Shown piece by piece: positions 34,901-47,706 of a DNA stretch of 64,000 nucleotides. The number at the start of each line of letters is the position of its first letter. The first letter of the stretch is position 1. Location of the stretch: NCBI RefSeq assembly GCF_018350175.1, contig NC_058383.1:12712001-12776000 (forward strand), in the 5' to 3' direction. Source of the stretch: Felis catus. Its lineage: Eukaryota. Both the position numbers and the translations under genes were made by a program. Below the pieces are notes generated by a model. The model saw only the letters and a list, made by a program, of their open reading frames with translations. It was not told the origin of the DNA and searched no databases.

Positions 34901-35519
34901 AACCAAATCCCAAGTTAGAGATGTTTAAATTCAAAAATCCACACTCTGTTGCACCTGTTCTTTCCCGGCTACCGTGGTGAATTCGGGGTTTACATAGAAC
35001 TCCTTGAAAATTTATTTTAAAGTAAATGGAGGCTTGTTTCACGATTGAAAAGTTATTTCAGCATGCATCCGAGACAGCGTGGCCGCAAAGGGAGTACAAA
35101 GGCAAGAGGATCCTGACTTGAGATTTTCGTTTTAGCCTGGCGCATTCAAAGCAGTAATCTACGTTGTGCCCAGCCAAGTGGTGAGAGACTATGTCAGAAA
35201 GATTAAAGGATTATTTTTTTTAATCCACTGGAACTCCAGCCACGGCCCCTCTCTCAGTAACATTAATAACTATAATGGACTGAATTCACATACCCCTTTT
35301 CTTCAAGACTCTCAAAATGTTTTTGCCAAATAGAACTCACCAAATCGCAGATGAATTTAAAGAGATCACCTGGACAAACTCCTTATATAAAGAGGAAGCT
35401 TGAGGCCCAGGGAAGTTCACTGACTTGGTCCGGGTCTTGCATCCACTTTCTGACAAGGCAGAGAGCTCAAACCCAGGCCCTCAGGGTTTTCGGCCTGGGG
35501 TGTTCTTCCCCCAACACCC

Positions 35520-35918
35520 TGGCTCCTCAAAATATGGTCGTGGACATGCAGCATCCACTTGTCAGAGAAGCAGAGTCCCAGGTCCCATCCCAGACCTGCG
35601 GAATCCAAATCTGCATTTTTTAAGGTTTTTTTTTTAAGTTTATTTATTTATTTTGAGAGAAAGAGAGTATGAGCGGGTGAGGGGCAGGGAGAGGGAGGGA
35701 GGGAGGGAGAGAGAAAGAGAGAGAGAGAGAATGAATCCCAAGCAGGCTCCGCACTGCCAGTGCAGAGCCTGACATGGGGCTCAATCTCACAAACCATTGA
35801 GAGCCGACATCAAGAGTCAGACGCTTAACCAACTGAACCACCCAGGCGCCCCTAGATCTGCATTTTTAACAAGAGTCCTCAGTGTCCGTGTGCATATTAA
35901 AGTCCCAGAAGCCCTGCT
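35520..35918. mobile_element. MER5B-like element split by a SINE
   Basis: CTCAAAATATGGTC...CCCATCCCAGACCT...ATCTGCATTTTTAACAAG. Confidence 0.7.
35625..35852 (-). mobile_element. Can-SINE
   Basis: TSD ATCTGCATTTTT. Confidence 0.93.
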
Positions 35919-36632
35919 TTACATCTGTCACTGTCCACAGCACTATGACCTTTGCACTTGACATCAGCCCATTTTCTGGACGTTCCCAAGAAAGTCCAAT
36001 AAAATAAGTACAGTAATGGTGTGGGAAGAACATTCTTTACTGAAAGATAAGTGTTATAGTGACATCTGATCATAGCAAGGGAAGAAAAAGTTCAGAAGAG
36101 GATCCTTGTGGAGTTTTCATGGAGTCTTATGCTGGGCACCTGCAAAAATAGGGTCCTTGTCCTGAACAAGCTTATACTTGGGTAGGAGACTGAAATCTAG
36201 AGCCTGGGAGCAAAAATAGACCATTCAGTTCTAAATCAGGATGTAGAGTCTAGAGAGAACGTCCAGCGGGTCACCCCTAACTTATCCTCCTTTTTGTTGC
36301 CAAAGAGAAATTTCTACTCTGCGATTTTGACTCACTCTCAGGCTTCAGTGACCCACTACTGCCTGCAGGGTAAAGTGCAAAGTCCCCTGAATAGTTCCTG
36401 GGAGCCCCTCTTCAGCCTCAGCACTCTCTTTCCCATCACCCCTTTTCATGCCCCTATGCCCCAGAAACACTAAGTTACTTGCGGTTAGTTCCCTAATCTG
36501 CCTGCCTTCATTCATCCCAGAACGTCTGCAAGAGGCTTTCCCCATGAATGCATTTTTTCTTCTGCATCCCCTTAGCTGGCTAATCTTTCTCATCCTTATG
36601 GTCTCTGGTGACTGTGCTCACATTATGCCCTG

Positions 36633-37014
36633 AGTTATAGACTAAATGTTTGAGCTCTCCCAAAATTCCTGTATTGAAGCTCCAACCCCCAATGTGATGA
36701 TGTGATGGTATTTGGAGGTAGGGCCTTCGGGAAGTAATTAAGTCTAGATGAGGTCATGAGGCCTCAGGATGGAGTTGACACCTTTCTAAAATGGGGAAGA
36801 GATGCCAGGGCGCTGTCTCTACAGCATGAGAACTCACAGCAAGAAGGCAGCTCTCTGCACGCCTGCAAGGGGGCTCTCGCCATTAACCAAATCTGCCAGC
36901 ACTTTGATCTTGGACTCCACAGCCTCCAGAACTATGAGAAGTAAATGTTCATCTGTTGTTTAAGCCACTCTGTCTGTGGTATTTTGTTAAAGCATCCTGA
37001 ACAGGACTGAGATA
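36633..37014 (+). mobile_element. MLT1A/B MaLR LTR nested in an L2
   Basis: CCCCAATGTGATG...GTATTTGGAGGTAGGGCCTT...CAGCCTCCAGAACTATGAGA...TGTGGTATTTTGTTA. Confidence 0.88.
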
Positions 37015-37251
37015 CCCGGTGTTCATAACTACAATGCTCGCTGATTTTTACTCATCTGTCTTCCCAAAAATGGCAGACTCCATGAGGCTGGGGCACATGT
37101 CTCTCATTCAATATTCCAGAACGTTGAGACCAGCACATAGAACACACTCCATCAATGCTGAATGAAACAGAGTGCATGTGAACAAATCTGTACATGCAGG
37201 AGATAGAATTTGAGCTGAGCCCCGAAAGGTTTTAAAGGCTATGGGAGGGAA

Positions 37252-37460
37252 GGGGCACCTGGGTGGCTTAGCTGTTTGGGCCTCTGACTCTTGATTTCAG
37301 TTCAGTTCATCATCCCAGGGCCATGGGATTGACCCCTGAGTCAGGCTCCGTGCTGAGAGTGCAGAGCCTGCTTCAAATTCTCTCTCCTTCTCTCTGCCCC
37401 TCTCCCAGTCATGCTTTCTCTCTCTCTCTCTGAAAATAAATAAATAAACTTTTTTAAAAA
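37252..37460 (+). mobile_element. Can-SINE
   Basis: Head, CT tract, tail. Confidence 0.9.
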
Positions 37461-37471
37461 CAGGTTATGGA

Positions 37472-37690
37472 GGGGCGCCTGGGTAGCTCAGTCAGTTGAG
37501 CATCTGACTTCAGCTCAGGTCATGATCTCGTGGTCTGTGAGTTCGAGCCCCGTGTCAGGCTCTGTGCTGACAGCTCGGAGCCTGGAGTCTGCTTTGGATT
37601 CTGTGTCTCCTCCTCTCTCTGCCCCTCCCCTGCTCATGCTCTGTCTGTTTCTCAATAATAAATAAACGTTAAAAAAAATTTTTAAAAAAA
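37472..37690 (+). mobile_element. Can-SINE (tandem with previous)
   Basis: TSD AGGTTATGGAGGGG. Confidence 0.94.
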
Positions 37691-37966
37691 GGTTATGGAG
37701 GGGAGGAAAGGTATGAGTGTAGACACAGAAACAAACGTGGTGGGTGCATGAATGAATGCATGGAGAGAACAAGGGAAGTGAGAAGGATATCAAGGATTTG
37801 TCTAAGACAGTGAGAAGAGAAAATGGGATTTGAGGCCGAGAGAAGGAAGTTGATTTTTTATTGTTACTGCTGCCAATTTTTAAATTATTTTACCAAAGTA
37901 TAATATAGGTACAGTAAACTACGTGTACATTGAGAGTGTGCTTTGATTAATTTTCGCATACATATA

Positions 37967-38388
37967 CTGTTCTAGGCTGAATTATGCTGTCTCCTTGTCA
38001 AAATTCATGTTGAAATCCCGAACCCTCCAGTACCTTCGAATGTGACTGTATTTGGAGATAGGGTCTTAAAGGACCTAAATAAGTTAAAGTGAGATCATTA
38101 GGGTGGGCCCGAATCCATAATGACATCATTATGGTGTCCCCGTAAGCAAAGGAGGATAGGACACAGTCCTAAGAACAGATCAGGCACAGATATACACAGA
38201 GAGAAGACCACGTGAGCACACGGGGTGAAGACGGCCGTCTGCAGGCCAAGGAGAGAGGCCTCAGAAGGAACCAACCATGCCCACACCTTCATCTGGGACT
38301 TCCAGCCCCCAGGACCAGGAATAAACCTCTGTTGTTTAAGCCCCCCAGTCTGTGGTGTTCATTACAGCAGCGTAAGGAGACTGATAAC
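37967..38388 (+). mobile_element. MLT1B-like MaLR LTR
   Basis: GAATGTGACTGTATTTGGAGATAGGGTC...GCCAAGGAGAGAGGCCTCAGAAGGAACCAACC. Confidence 0.88.
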
Positions 38389-38690
38389 CCACGCCATGGA
38401 AGCACCCTCCAGATTCAAATCCAAAACATTCCCAGCACACCAAAAAGGAGCCTGAATTCGACTGCAGTGACAGTTGGATGTCATTTTTGGCTCCTAAGCG
38501 GGAGACTTGCCAAGGCAAAATGGAATTTTAGGAAGATTAGAGTAGGAAGAGGAGACTAGGATGAGCTGGCAGTGAGGATAGTGAAGATGAGTAGGGGAGA
38601 GAAAGAGACGGTGGAGGAAAGATCCGGAATCTTGCTGAAGTCAGGAAATCCACGAGAGGGTGGCGGTGAAGGAGATTAAAGGGCATTTTA

Positions 38691-38918
38691 TTTTTTTATT
38701 TTTAAAAAAAATTTTTAATGTTTATTTTTGAGAGAGAGACACACACACAGAGCATGCATGGGGAGGGGCGGAGAGAGTGGGACACAAAGAATCTGAAGCA
38801 GGCTCCAGGCTCTCAGCTGTGAGCACAGAGCCCCATGTGGGGCTCAAACCCACGGACCACAAGATCATGGCCTGAGCTGAAGTCGGACACCTAACTGACT
38901 GAGCCACCCAGGTACCCC
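38691..38918 (-). mobile_element. Can-SINE
   Basis: TSD TTAAAGGGCATTTTA. Confidence 0.94.
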
Positions 38919-39214
38919 TTAAAGGGCATTTTAAAGAGCTGGGAAAATAGCAATGGGGAACGAGGGGACTCCAAAGTCTTTGTCTAGGAGACTAACGTGA
39001 GAAAGTATTGATGACCAATGTTGGATGTTTTGGGGGAAAAGGTCAGCTGGCATGGGAGACCATGAGTGCCATGCTGGGTTTGGGTGGATATGACATGCCC
39101 AAATGGTTTAAGCACAACCCTGGAGCCTAAGGGAAGCCAGGATAGGACCGTAATGCGACTGGGTTTAGAGACGTGGACTGTGTGTGGAGAGGAGGCCAAA
39201 ACGAACACAGTAAC

Positions 39215-39450
39215 AAAATAATACCAGCCAGTGTGTATTAAGTGCTTACTTCCTGGAAGGTGTTGCACTAAAGGCTTTTCCATAGGCGACCTCATTTACT
39301 CCTCACAATGGTCCTTGAGGGAACACTCTGTCATTATCATTGTTTGACTAAGAAGGAAACTGAGGCACAGAGAGACGAAGTAACTTGTCTAAGGCCACAC
39401 AGCCAATAAATGGTAGATCTGGTTTTGAACTCAGGCACACAGACACCAGT
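39215..39450 (-). mobile_element. MIR
   Basis: GGAAACTGAGGCACAGAGAGACGAAGTAACTTGTCTAAGGCCACACAGC. Confidence 0.85.
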
Positions 39451-39841
39451 TCACCCAACTTAGTGCACTTGGAAGAAAGAGAAGGCAGCTGAAGAGAAGG
39501 CCGTCTGACCTTTTTGACCTTTTCTTTTTTTTTTTTTTTTAATCTCCCGGTCTCCAAACAAGCTAACCTCATTCTATTCCATTCCATTGTTTAAAATGCC
39601 TCAAACTCAAACTATGGTGCTGATGCCTTCAGAAATGGACAAGGTTTACCTTCAATAAGTTTCTCCTGATGCCTAACCTCGAACACCCTGGCTGTATTTT
39701 AATAAAGGACGCTGCCTCCCCTCTGTTCTGCTGCCCAGGGAGCTTGGGTCAGCTGCCTGGCTTTATTATCATCTCACATCCCTGAAAGACAGTATATTTA
39801 CTGGCAGCTGTTGCAATTACTTACAAATGTGAACTTCTTAC

Positions 39842-39959
39842 CCTATTCCCTCGCTTCTGGCGGAAGCTCCTCCTCCACGGTCACTTTTCTCTGGGACCGC
39901 TCTGCTTTCTTCATGTCTCTGGCACGTGGAACCCCAGGATAGCTCATAGTCCCCGCGGT
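39842..39959 (-). other. Candidate exon (118 nt; alternative donor at 39825)
   Basis: Acceptor gtaatcttgtcttcctctag|ACC; donors AGG|gtaaga and TTT|gtaagt; purine-rich interior in unique sequence. Confidence 0.45.
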
Positions 39960-41525
39960 CTAGAGGAAGACAAGATTACATTTCCATGAATGTGCTTGCA
40001 CGCCTGTTTTGCAATTTCAGAGTTGTCCACAGGCCTGAAGAAATATCTTCTACTGAAGCAAATAAAAGACACTGACAGGTGCAAAACTCTGAACCAACAG
40101 GATTCAGCCAAGAGGGTCTCTAGGCCTTTCTCTTCATACGGTTTTGTCTCCTCTCTTACTGCGTTCCAGATTCATCTCTCTGTGAGTTATTTTTTAAACT
40201 TTTTTGCTTCTGATAATTGTGCCTTTATAAAATAGCCCATGTGCATCCAGCAAATGTGCAAACTGTTTCATAATTAAAGAGAGTTCTGTTCCCTGAAACC
40301 TGGCCTGTGTGGTTAAAATACATGATTTGCGCGGTGTTTTAGTGGAATGTGTGCCTAAAGGGCCAGAGCCCCATTCAGGACCAACAGCTGAACCGAGGCT
40401 CAGAGCAGCCAAGCATTATGTGTGAAGACCTACATGGCCACTATCAACTTACTGTGTTTAATTTTGACTAAGAAAAATCCATTCCGTTCAGTGACGCAGC
40501 AGGATTCTTTGGAAAGACAGAAAAGGGCCATTTGGGGGAAAACAAAATGCTAAATCTAGAAATAGTCTGGATTCCTAATTGTTGGTTTTCTCCCCCAAGT
40601 CATCTGAGAGACATCTCTTGTTCCATAGCAGGTGTCTGGCCACGAATATCATAACAATTAATTATCATGGCTATTTACAGGTATGACTAGCCTATAGAAT
40701 GTTCATCATACCAACAATTACTAGGAAAAGGAATGAACTGCACATGCGTGGGACTTTACGCTTCACAAGATAATTCCCTTTGGTCAATTTTACTTTAGAC
40801 TTTCCCAATGACCCTGAGGCAGGCAGGGTAGGTTTTAGCATTCCCATTTTATAGGTAAGGACGTTGAAGCACACAGATAGATGAAGTGTTTCCAAAAAAT
40901 ACACTCTCGTTGGGGGGTAAAGTCTCCCAGGCCACATTTGCTTGTAGATTGCCAGGAGAATGAATACAAGCTCAAGAGTTACGATTTATCTCCAGAGTTG
41001 AAGTACTTAAACTATCTATACCCGGAGAGTAGCTATGTAGTCGAGTGAACGCTCTCAACACCCAGCTGTTCCCTATCTTGTAGATGAAATCAGCTGAGAA
41101 AAGTGCCCTCACATTTCCTACCTGAAGAGTCCAAATTTGATAAGTGTAGCCTTCAATTTTGAGGCTAAAAAGTCCTCAAATTTTCAGAACATTTTTGCCT
41201 CATTTAGGTAATGCAGTAAAATGGTTTTAGTGTATTCTTTCCGTTGATAAGTGTGGGTGATCCATTTCCTTTGTGAGTGTCAAGTCACGTTTACATTTGG
41301 GTTGCACCTTAGTTTGTCAAGGCATATTCACTTAGAATAGTTTATATTGTCATAGACTCTGTTGGGGTTCCTAGGTCGGGAATCCCGGTGAATTCCAACT
41401 TGGACTCATAATAATATTCCCAATAATTGAAAAGCAAGGTACAATTAATAAGAAGTACTTATGGTATGCCCACCACATGGCAGGCACCACCCTAAGTGCT
41501 AGGGGTACAATGAGAAGAAAAAGCA

Positions 41526-41719
41526 GGGGCACCTGGGTGGCTCAGTCAGTTAAGCATCCGACTTCAGCTCAGGTCACTATCTCATGGCTCATGAGTTTGA
41601 GCCCCGCATGGAGCTCTCTGCTCTCAGCACCGTGCGCAATTTGGCTCCTCTGTCCCCCTTTCTCTCTGCTCCTCCCCTGCTTGCACGTTCCCTCCCAAAA
41701 ATAAATAAACATTAAAAAA
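41526..41719 (+). mobile_element. Can-SINE
   Basis: Head, CT region, tail. Confidence 0.9.
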
Positions 41720-42081
41720 TTGAATTAAACACGTCAGGTTTTTAAAAACATGCCAGGTTTTTTGTTTTTTTTTTTTTTTAATGAAATGGAGAAGAACACG
41801 ATACTCTGGGAGCCTAGAATATGGTTTGTCAACAAGACCCACCACAGCTTTCCTGGGGGAAGTAAAATGATCTGAGGAGACAGGAGGTAAGTGAATGGAA
41901 AGGAGAAAGATCAGTGTTCCAGGCAAAGGGCAGAGGACGTGAAAAGGTCCTGGGGTGGGAGGAAGCTCAACATGATGACTGGAGGTCAAGTCATGCGATT
42001 AGATGGCAGAGCCTGGAAGACTGCAATTCAGTGTGAATATTAAGAAGTTGCTCCTACGTGAACGTTTTAAATTTTAATCCT

Positions 42082-42319
42082 GTTTTTTAAAGTTTATTTC
42101 TTTATTTTTGAGAGACAGAGACAGAGAGAGACAGAGAAAGAGAGTGTGTGTGTGTGTGAGCAGGGGAGGGGCAGAGAGAAAGGGAGAGAGAGAATCCCAA
42201 GCAGGCTATGCACTGTCAGCACAGAGCCTGATGTGGGGCGCAAACTCATGAACCATGAGATCGTGACCTGACCAAAACCAAGAGCTTGACCCTTAACTGA
42301 CTGAGCTACTCAGGTGCCC
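42082..42319 (-). mobile_element. Can-SINE
   Basis: Reverse-complement SINE. Confidence 0.92.
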
Positions 42320-42334
42320 GTTTTAAATTCTAAT

Positions 42335-42572
42335 TTTTTTAAATGTTTGTTCATTTATTTTTAATTTTTTTAAGTGTTTTATTTACTTTTGAGAGAGAGA
42401 GAGAGAGAGAGTATGAGCGAGGAGGGCAGAGAGAGAGACACAGAATCCAAAGCAGGCTCCAGGCTTTGAGCTGTCAGCACAGAGCCCCACGTGAGGCTCA
42501 AGTTCATGAACTGCGACATCATGACCGGAGCTGAAGTCGGCTGCTCAACCAACTGAGCCACCCAGGAGCCCC
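42335..42572 (-). mobile_element. Can-SINE
   Basis: Reverse-complement SINE; TTAAATT(T/C)TAAT site present three times around the pair. Confidence 0.92.
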
Positions 42573-43306
42573 TTAAATTTTAATTCTAATAACAATGAGA
42601 AGCCAAAAAAGGCTTTCAACTTGGGGAGAGGTAGGCACAATTTGAGCTGTACTTTGGGAAGATTATTTCAGATTTGATGCAGAAGACACATTGATAGGAG
42701 CCCAAGATGGATGGGATTGAATAGTTAGATGAATATTGTAGAAGTCCACGTGGAAGAGGATGGACTGTGGAGGTGGAAATTGGAGAGCAGATGAATTTGA
42801 GATGTTTAGTAGGTAAACTTGATGAGAGTAGAGGACAAATTGAATATGGGGGTGAGAAGGAAGAAGTAAAGGGCAACCCCCGCCGAACATTCCAGGCTTG
42901 TGCAACTAGGTCCATGGTTGTACCACGGAAAGTACTTTAAGAAGTCTAGGTTTGTGGGATGAACATCATGAGTTTGAGATTTGTTGAGTTTCATATTCTA
43001 AGATACCCAACAAAAGGGCCACATTGGGCTCATCAGAGGAGGCGGAAGACTAGGTCTGGGCTGGGGACACAAACTTGTGAGTCATTCTCATGCAGAGCCA
43101 TAGATATGGACAAGGAAATATTGCTCAGAGAGACAGATCATAAAGTGAGAAGAAAAGAGGGTTCTAAAAAGAGCCTTGGAGAATTCTGACATTTAATGAT
43201 CAGGCAGAAGACTCTAAAAGGAGAGAAAGAGTACAAAAGCTAGGAAGAACGCAGAAGGACTTGGTCTGATGGTAGGTAAACAGATTTTCAAGAATGAGGG
43301 AACTGG

Positions 43307-43540
43307 GGGGGCGCCTGGGTGGCGCAGTCGGTTAAGCGTCCGACTTCAGCCAGGTCACGATCTCGCGGTCCGTGAGTTCGAGCCCCACGTCAGGCTCTGG
43401 GCTGATGGCTCAGAGCCTGGAGCCTGTTTCGGATTCTGTGTCTCCCTCTCTCTCTCTGCCCCTCCCTCGTTCATGCTCTGTCTCTCTCTGTCCCAAAAAT
43501 AAATAAACGTTGAAAAAAAAATTAAAAAAAAAAAAAAAAA
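43307..43540 (+). mobile_element. Young SINEC_Fc-type SINE
   Basis: GGTGGCGCAGTCGGTTAAGCGTCCGACTTCAGCCAGGTCACG; long poly-A; perfect TSD AAGAATGAGGGAACTG. Confidence 0.97.
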
Positions 43541-43556
43541 AAGAATGAGGGAACTG

Positions 43557-43760
43557 GGGCACCTGGGTGGCTCAGTTGGTTGAGCATCCGACTTCGGCTC
43601 AGGTCATGATCTCATGGCTTGTGAGTTCGAGCCCCGCGTCAGGCTCTGTGCTGACAGCTCAGAGCCCGGAGCCTGCTTCTGCGTCTCCCTCTCTCTGCCC
43701 CAACCCACTCTCATTCTGTCTCTGTCTCAAAACTAAATATTTTTTAAAAATTAAAAAAAA
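43557..43760 (+). mobile_element. Can-SINE
   Basis: Same TSD AAGAATGAGGGAACTG. Confidence 0.95.
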
Positions 43761-43997
43761 AAGAATGAGGGAACTGAGTCAAGTAGTGCTGGGAGGTTAA
43801 ATGCTGTAAGAACTAAAAAATACATCCACTGCTATGGAGATCATTGGTGACCTTGAGAATGGGAGCCAGAAGCACAATGGATTGAAGACAGAGTGGCAGA
43901 TGAGGATATGCAGACCATAAAATGGACAGCAATTTCAGTGTTTGGTTTCGAAGCACAATTAATGTCTAAGGCACATGCAATCAAAGAATGTAATGCA

Positions 43998-44200
43998 GGG
44001 TGCCTGGGTGGCTCAGTCAGTTAAGCATCTGACTTTGGCTCAGGTCATGATCTTGCTGGGTTTGTGAGGTCGAGCCCCACGTTGGGCTCTGTGCTGACAG
44101 CTCAGAGCCTGGAGCCTCCTTCAGATTCTGTGTCTCCTCCTCTCTCTGCCCCTCCCATGCTCATGCTCTTTCTGTCTCAATAATAAAGGTTAAAAAAAAA
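43998..44200 (+). mobile_element. Can-SINE
   Basis: TSD AAAGAATGTAA. Confidence 0.93.
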
Positions 44201-44905
44201 GAATGTAACACAAATAACAAAAACCTGTTTTTAGTTTGAATTTGAAAATACACAATGAGCAAAGCAAACTTTGTTTTCCAGCTTTCCTCCCCTTTTTCTT
44301 CTGCTACCTTCTCCTCCAGACATTCAAACTGCTCTCAATCCAGTGTGACTTTCCAGGCTGACCCCATGTCCTCTGGCCAGTTGACTCCCTGCCTCCACCC
44401 ACTCCTTAGCCCCCCAAAACTGCTTGGTAAACTAATTCTCACTGGGCTGAAAATGAATGGTAGCTGCTGTGTGTGTTAACCCTCTGGGTTTGCTTTTTCA
44501 CCAGGGACAATTCCCTAACAAGTCTGAAAGACTGGGGATATAGTTTAGGAAAGCCAAGTGTGAAGTAAGGGACTGCAGTGAGGAAATATTATGGAGCGAA
44601 AATAGCACTAACTTACTAAATCATCTCAAAGAAGTTGTGTCGTCTCCCTGGGAGCCCCATTTTTCATTTGTCAACTCTGGGGCTGAATTATGCCTCCAGG
44701 CTGCAGATTATACCTTCCAGCCCCTTAGCAAACCCAGAACCAGTCAATGGCATGGCTCCTTGGGCATGGGAAGAAAGGAGAGAAGGAATGCTGAGAGAGA
44801 AACAGGCATTCCTCCTGCCTCCAGGAAAATGGTTTAAAGTTAGGTTGAACTAGAATTGAATCAATTGAGGTGTGTAAATCACATCGTATTTTAAGCACTC
44901 AGAAG

Positions 44906-45112
44906 TTTTTTTTTTAATGTTTTTATTTATTTTTGCGAGAGAGAGAAACAAGTGGGGGAGGGGAAGAGAGAGAGAAGGAGACCTAGAATCCGAAGCAGGC
45001 TCCAGGCTCTGAGCAGTCAGCACAGAGCCTGACACAGGGCTCGAACCCACGAAACATGAGAACAAACCTGAGCCAAAGGCGGATGCTTACCAACTGAGCC
45101 ACCCAGGTGTCC
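44906..45112 (-). mobile_element. Can-SINE
   Basis: Reverse-complement SINE. Confidence 0.92.
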
Positions 45113-47301
45113 AGAAAAATCATCTAAAAAAAAAAAAAAAAAAGAACACCTGAAGGCAATCTTCAGTAAAGTGAAGAGTCCTTTTGTAGAAGGCATAAAT
45201 GCCCCTGGATTTATCCCTTTTTAATCACCTAGACGTTCATCTGTCAGGATTCCATAAAGCACTAGGTACATTTGTGCTTAATAACAATGTATACTAAAGA
45301 AATGGTTGAGATGCTCTGATAAAGATGAATGCTTGACTTCCTCTTTTAAGTCTTTCTTCCACTGCATTTCGCTTTGAAAACCACTTTTCCCTTTGCACTC
45401 CAGCTTTTGAAATAGGTCCTTACAAAGTCACTTCATGCAACAGACAGTGGAGGAGAAGTGCTGTTACCAGAAGCGGGATATGACACGCATCCAAAATACT
45501 CCTTCTAATTAAGAACCATAGTCTGGAGACAGGTGGATGGTGTGTGAGAGGGGGAGCAGCTCTGCGTCTGAGCTCCGGTTTGGGGAAAGGCATTCCAGGA
45601 AACTCAGAGGCTTCAGTGTTTGTCCTCCCTGGCTTCTGCTCCCGAAGCTGGCCGGCACTCTGGCCCTCCATTATACTCCCCACGTTCTTCACTTTGAGAA
45701 GACAAGCTGTCCAAGTTAATCCATTAGGTAGCCTTCTGCGTTAACACCAAACACATGGCACTCCATGCTTCATTAGTACGGACAAGGTGTTCCGGTCACT
45801 GTGTCCCTGTGTAGAGCATGCTGGGGTGGCTGCCGTCAAACAAATGCCTTCATGTCTTGCACCTTCCTTAACACACGGCCTCAGCCCACAGCCGCTCTGC
45901 TCACTCAACGAACCTGGACAAAACCTTCTGATCTCCTGCCAGCAGCCACTTCTGGCTTGATTAATACTTCCGTCTTACTCTGTGCCAGGCCAAACTGAGC
46001 TGGCCTCCTCCGGGGTTTGCTGCCCATCCAGAAGAGCGAGAGCTGTGCAGCTGGGCAGATCTGTCGGCCCAGGGCCGGCACTCAAGACGAGATGATTAAG
46101 GCAGATAATGATGAATGAAGCACCCCCAGGTGAAAAATGGCTTCTTTGGACTCCTTATTGATCTGCCAGCTGAGGTTTTTTTCATGTGGAACCTAAATTT
46201 GACATTTCAAATTGAACCTGACTCTCGTAATTGCAGACCTGGCAGTGATTTTAGATGGAGTCTAGGACATGGCCTAAGATAGGGAAACTGAGGCTCAAAG
46301 CATGGAAATAACTTGCCCAAAGTAACAGAGAATCAGTGGCAAAGCCAGGGCTAGGACTCAGGTCTGATGCTCAGGTCAGTACCCCGGGCTGCAGGACCAC
46401 TTCCTTCTGCGGGACCCAGGTTCTATCAATGAGCTAATGTTGTCTCCCCTTTGGTATAAAAGACAAGATCATGCCATATTAATTTAATCTGGACCTTGGC
46501 TCCAAAAAAGGCAGTCAAATGAAGATGGACAGCAGGAGGCATGGTGCTTGGAGAGAGGGGAACCAGTCTTATAAGGAGTAGCCAGCCAAGAAACTGCCAC
46601 TCTCACCCTTAAATGCATGTGCTGGTGAAAGACCCAAGATGGTGCCTCAAATGCAAAGTCTCCTTTTGGAAAGGGTTCACTTCTGTAAGAGGCATTTCAC
46701 CTTGGAATGTATTTCTCCAAGAAGTGAAGAATATGAGAATGAATGAAGGTCCACCAGGGGGACCTGACAGTCCGAGGGAATGGGGAACAGTACCCCCTGG
46801 AAATCCAGTAAAAGCACATGGGATGGGAAGAAATGCAAATTGCCTGGAAGCATAGTAAGGCAAGTCCCTCCCACAGAGTATGAGACGTCCAGATTCCCCA
46901 GTTCAAATGCAAGCCACCCTGGGAGCCCTTACCAGCCTCATCTCAGTGATCAGTTAGCACTCTGGTGTGCATTACCAACACAGGGTTCCTAGCCCTCAAG
47001 TATATGGACCAAGGAAGAGGGCTTCATGGTCAAGGCTCCACAAAGACCCACTCTGTCTGCTCCATAGTCCAGACCACCAATCGTGGAGCTGTGACACATG
47101 GAAATGCATCACATCATCTTCCCATTCTCACCAAAGGTTTTTGGACCCCCTTGCCAAGAGAGAGGACCAACTGAGGAGAATCACCAGGAAGCCAGCCATA
47201 TAACGAACAGTCACAGTGCTCATTCGTACCTTCAAAGCAACATATGCCACGTACCAAGTACTGGGCCAGGCACTAGGCTACAAAGTTGACTGAGGTACAA
47301 C

Positions 47302-47527
47302 TGTTATGCCCAGAATTCGTGATCCCCCAAAGACCACCAGGGAGCCGAGTCAGATGCAAAAGCAAAGAGTCTTATTCGAGCTAGCTGGAGCTCAATCTCC
47401 TACCTGCACCAACGCAGCGGTGAGATGCCAGGGAGAGAGAGCGAGTTTCAAAAGCACAAAGGTTTTGTAGAGATCATGCCTTAGCCGATTGGCTGGGGAA
47501 GGGTTGTGGACTCAGCCGATTGGCTGC
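47302..47527 (-). mobile_element. Truncated gammaretrovirus-like (ERV1) LTR: U5, R and proximal U3 only
   Basis: Minus strand ends ...CTTTGCTTTTGCATCTGACTCGGCTCCCTGGTGGTCTTTGGGGGATCACGAATTCTGGGCATAACA; two CCAAT units AGCCGATTGGCTG. Confidence 0.8.
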
Positions 47528-47528
47528 C

Positions 47529-47706
47529 AAAGTGTGGTCCCAGATCAGCAATTATCAGCGTCACCTGGAGCTTGTTAAAAATGCAAATGTTGGGCCTGGT
47601 GGTCACAGACCTACTGAATCAGAAACTCTGGGGGTGGGGCTCAGCAATCTGTGTTTGAACGAGTCTTTCAGGAGATTCTGATGCACCTGAAGTTTCAGAA
47701 CCACTG
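47529..47706 (+). mobile_element. MER5A lacking its first ~10 bp
   Basis: AAAGTGTGGTCCC...CAGACCTACTGAATCAGAAACTCTGGGGGTGGGG...GATTCTGATGCAC...GAACCACTG. Confidence 0.9.

Larger units (their letters stand above)
41830..43930 (-). mobile_element. L2 remnant interrupted by four SINEs
   Basis: GTGTTCCAGGCAAAGGG; GAATTTGAGATGTTTAGTAGG; GGAGATCATTGGTGACCTTGA. Confidence 0.7.

Noticed and set aside
43307..43390. tRNA-like A/B boxes in SINE heads
   Set aside because: They belong to tRNA-derived Can-SINEs, not tRNA genes.
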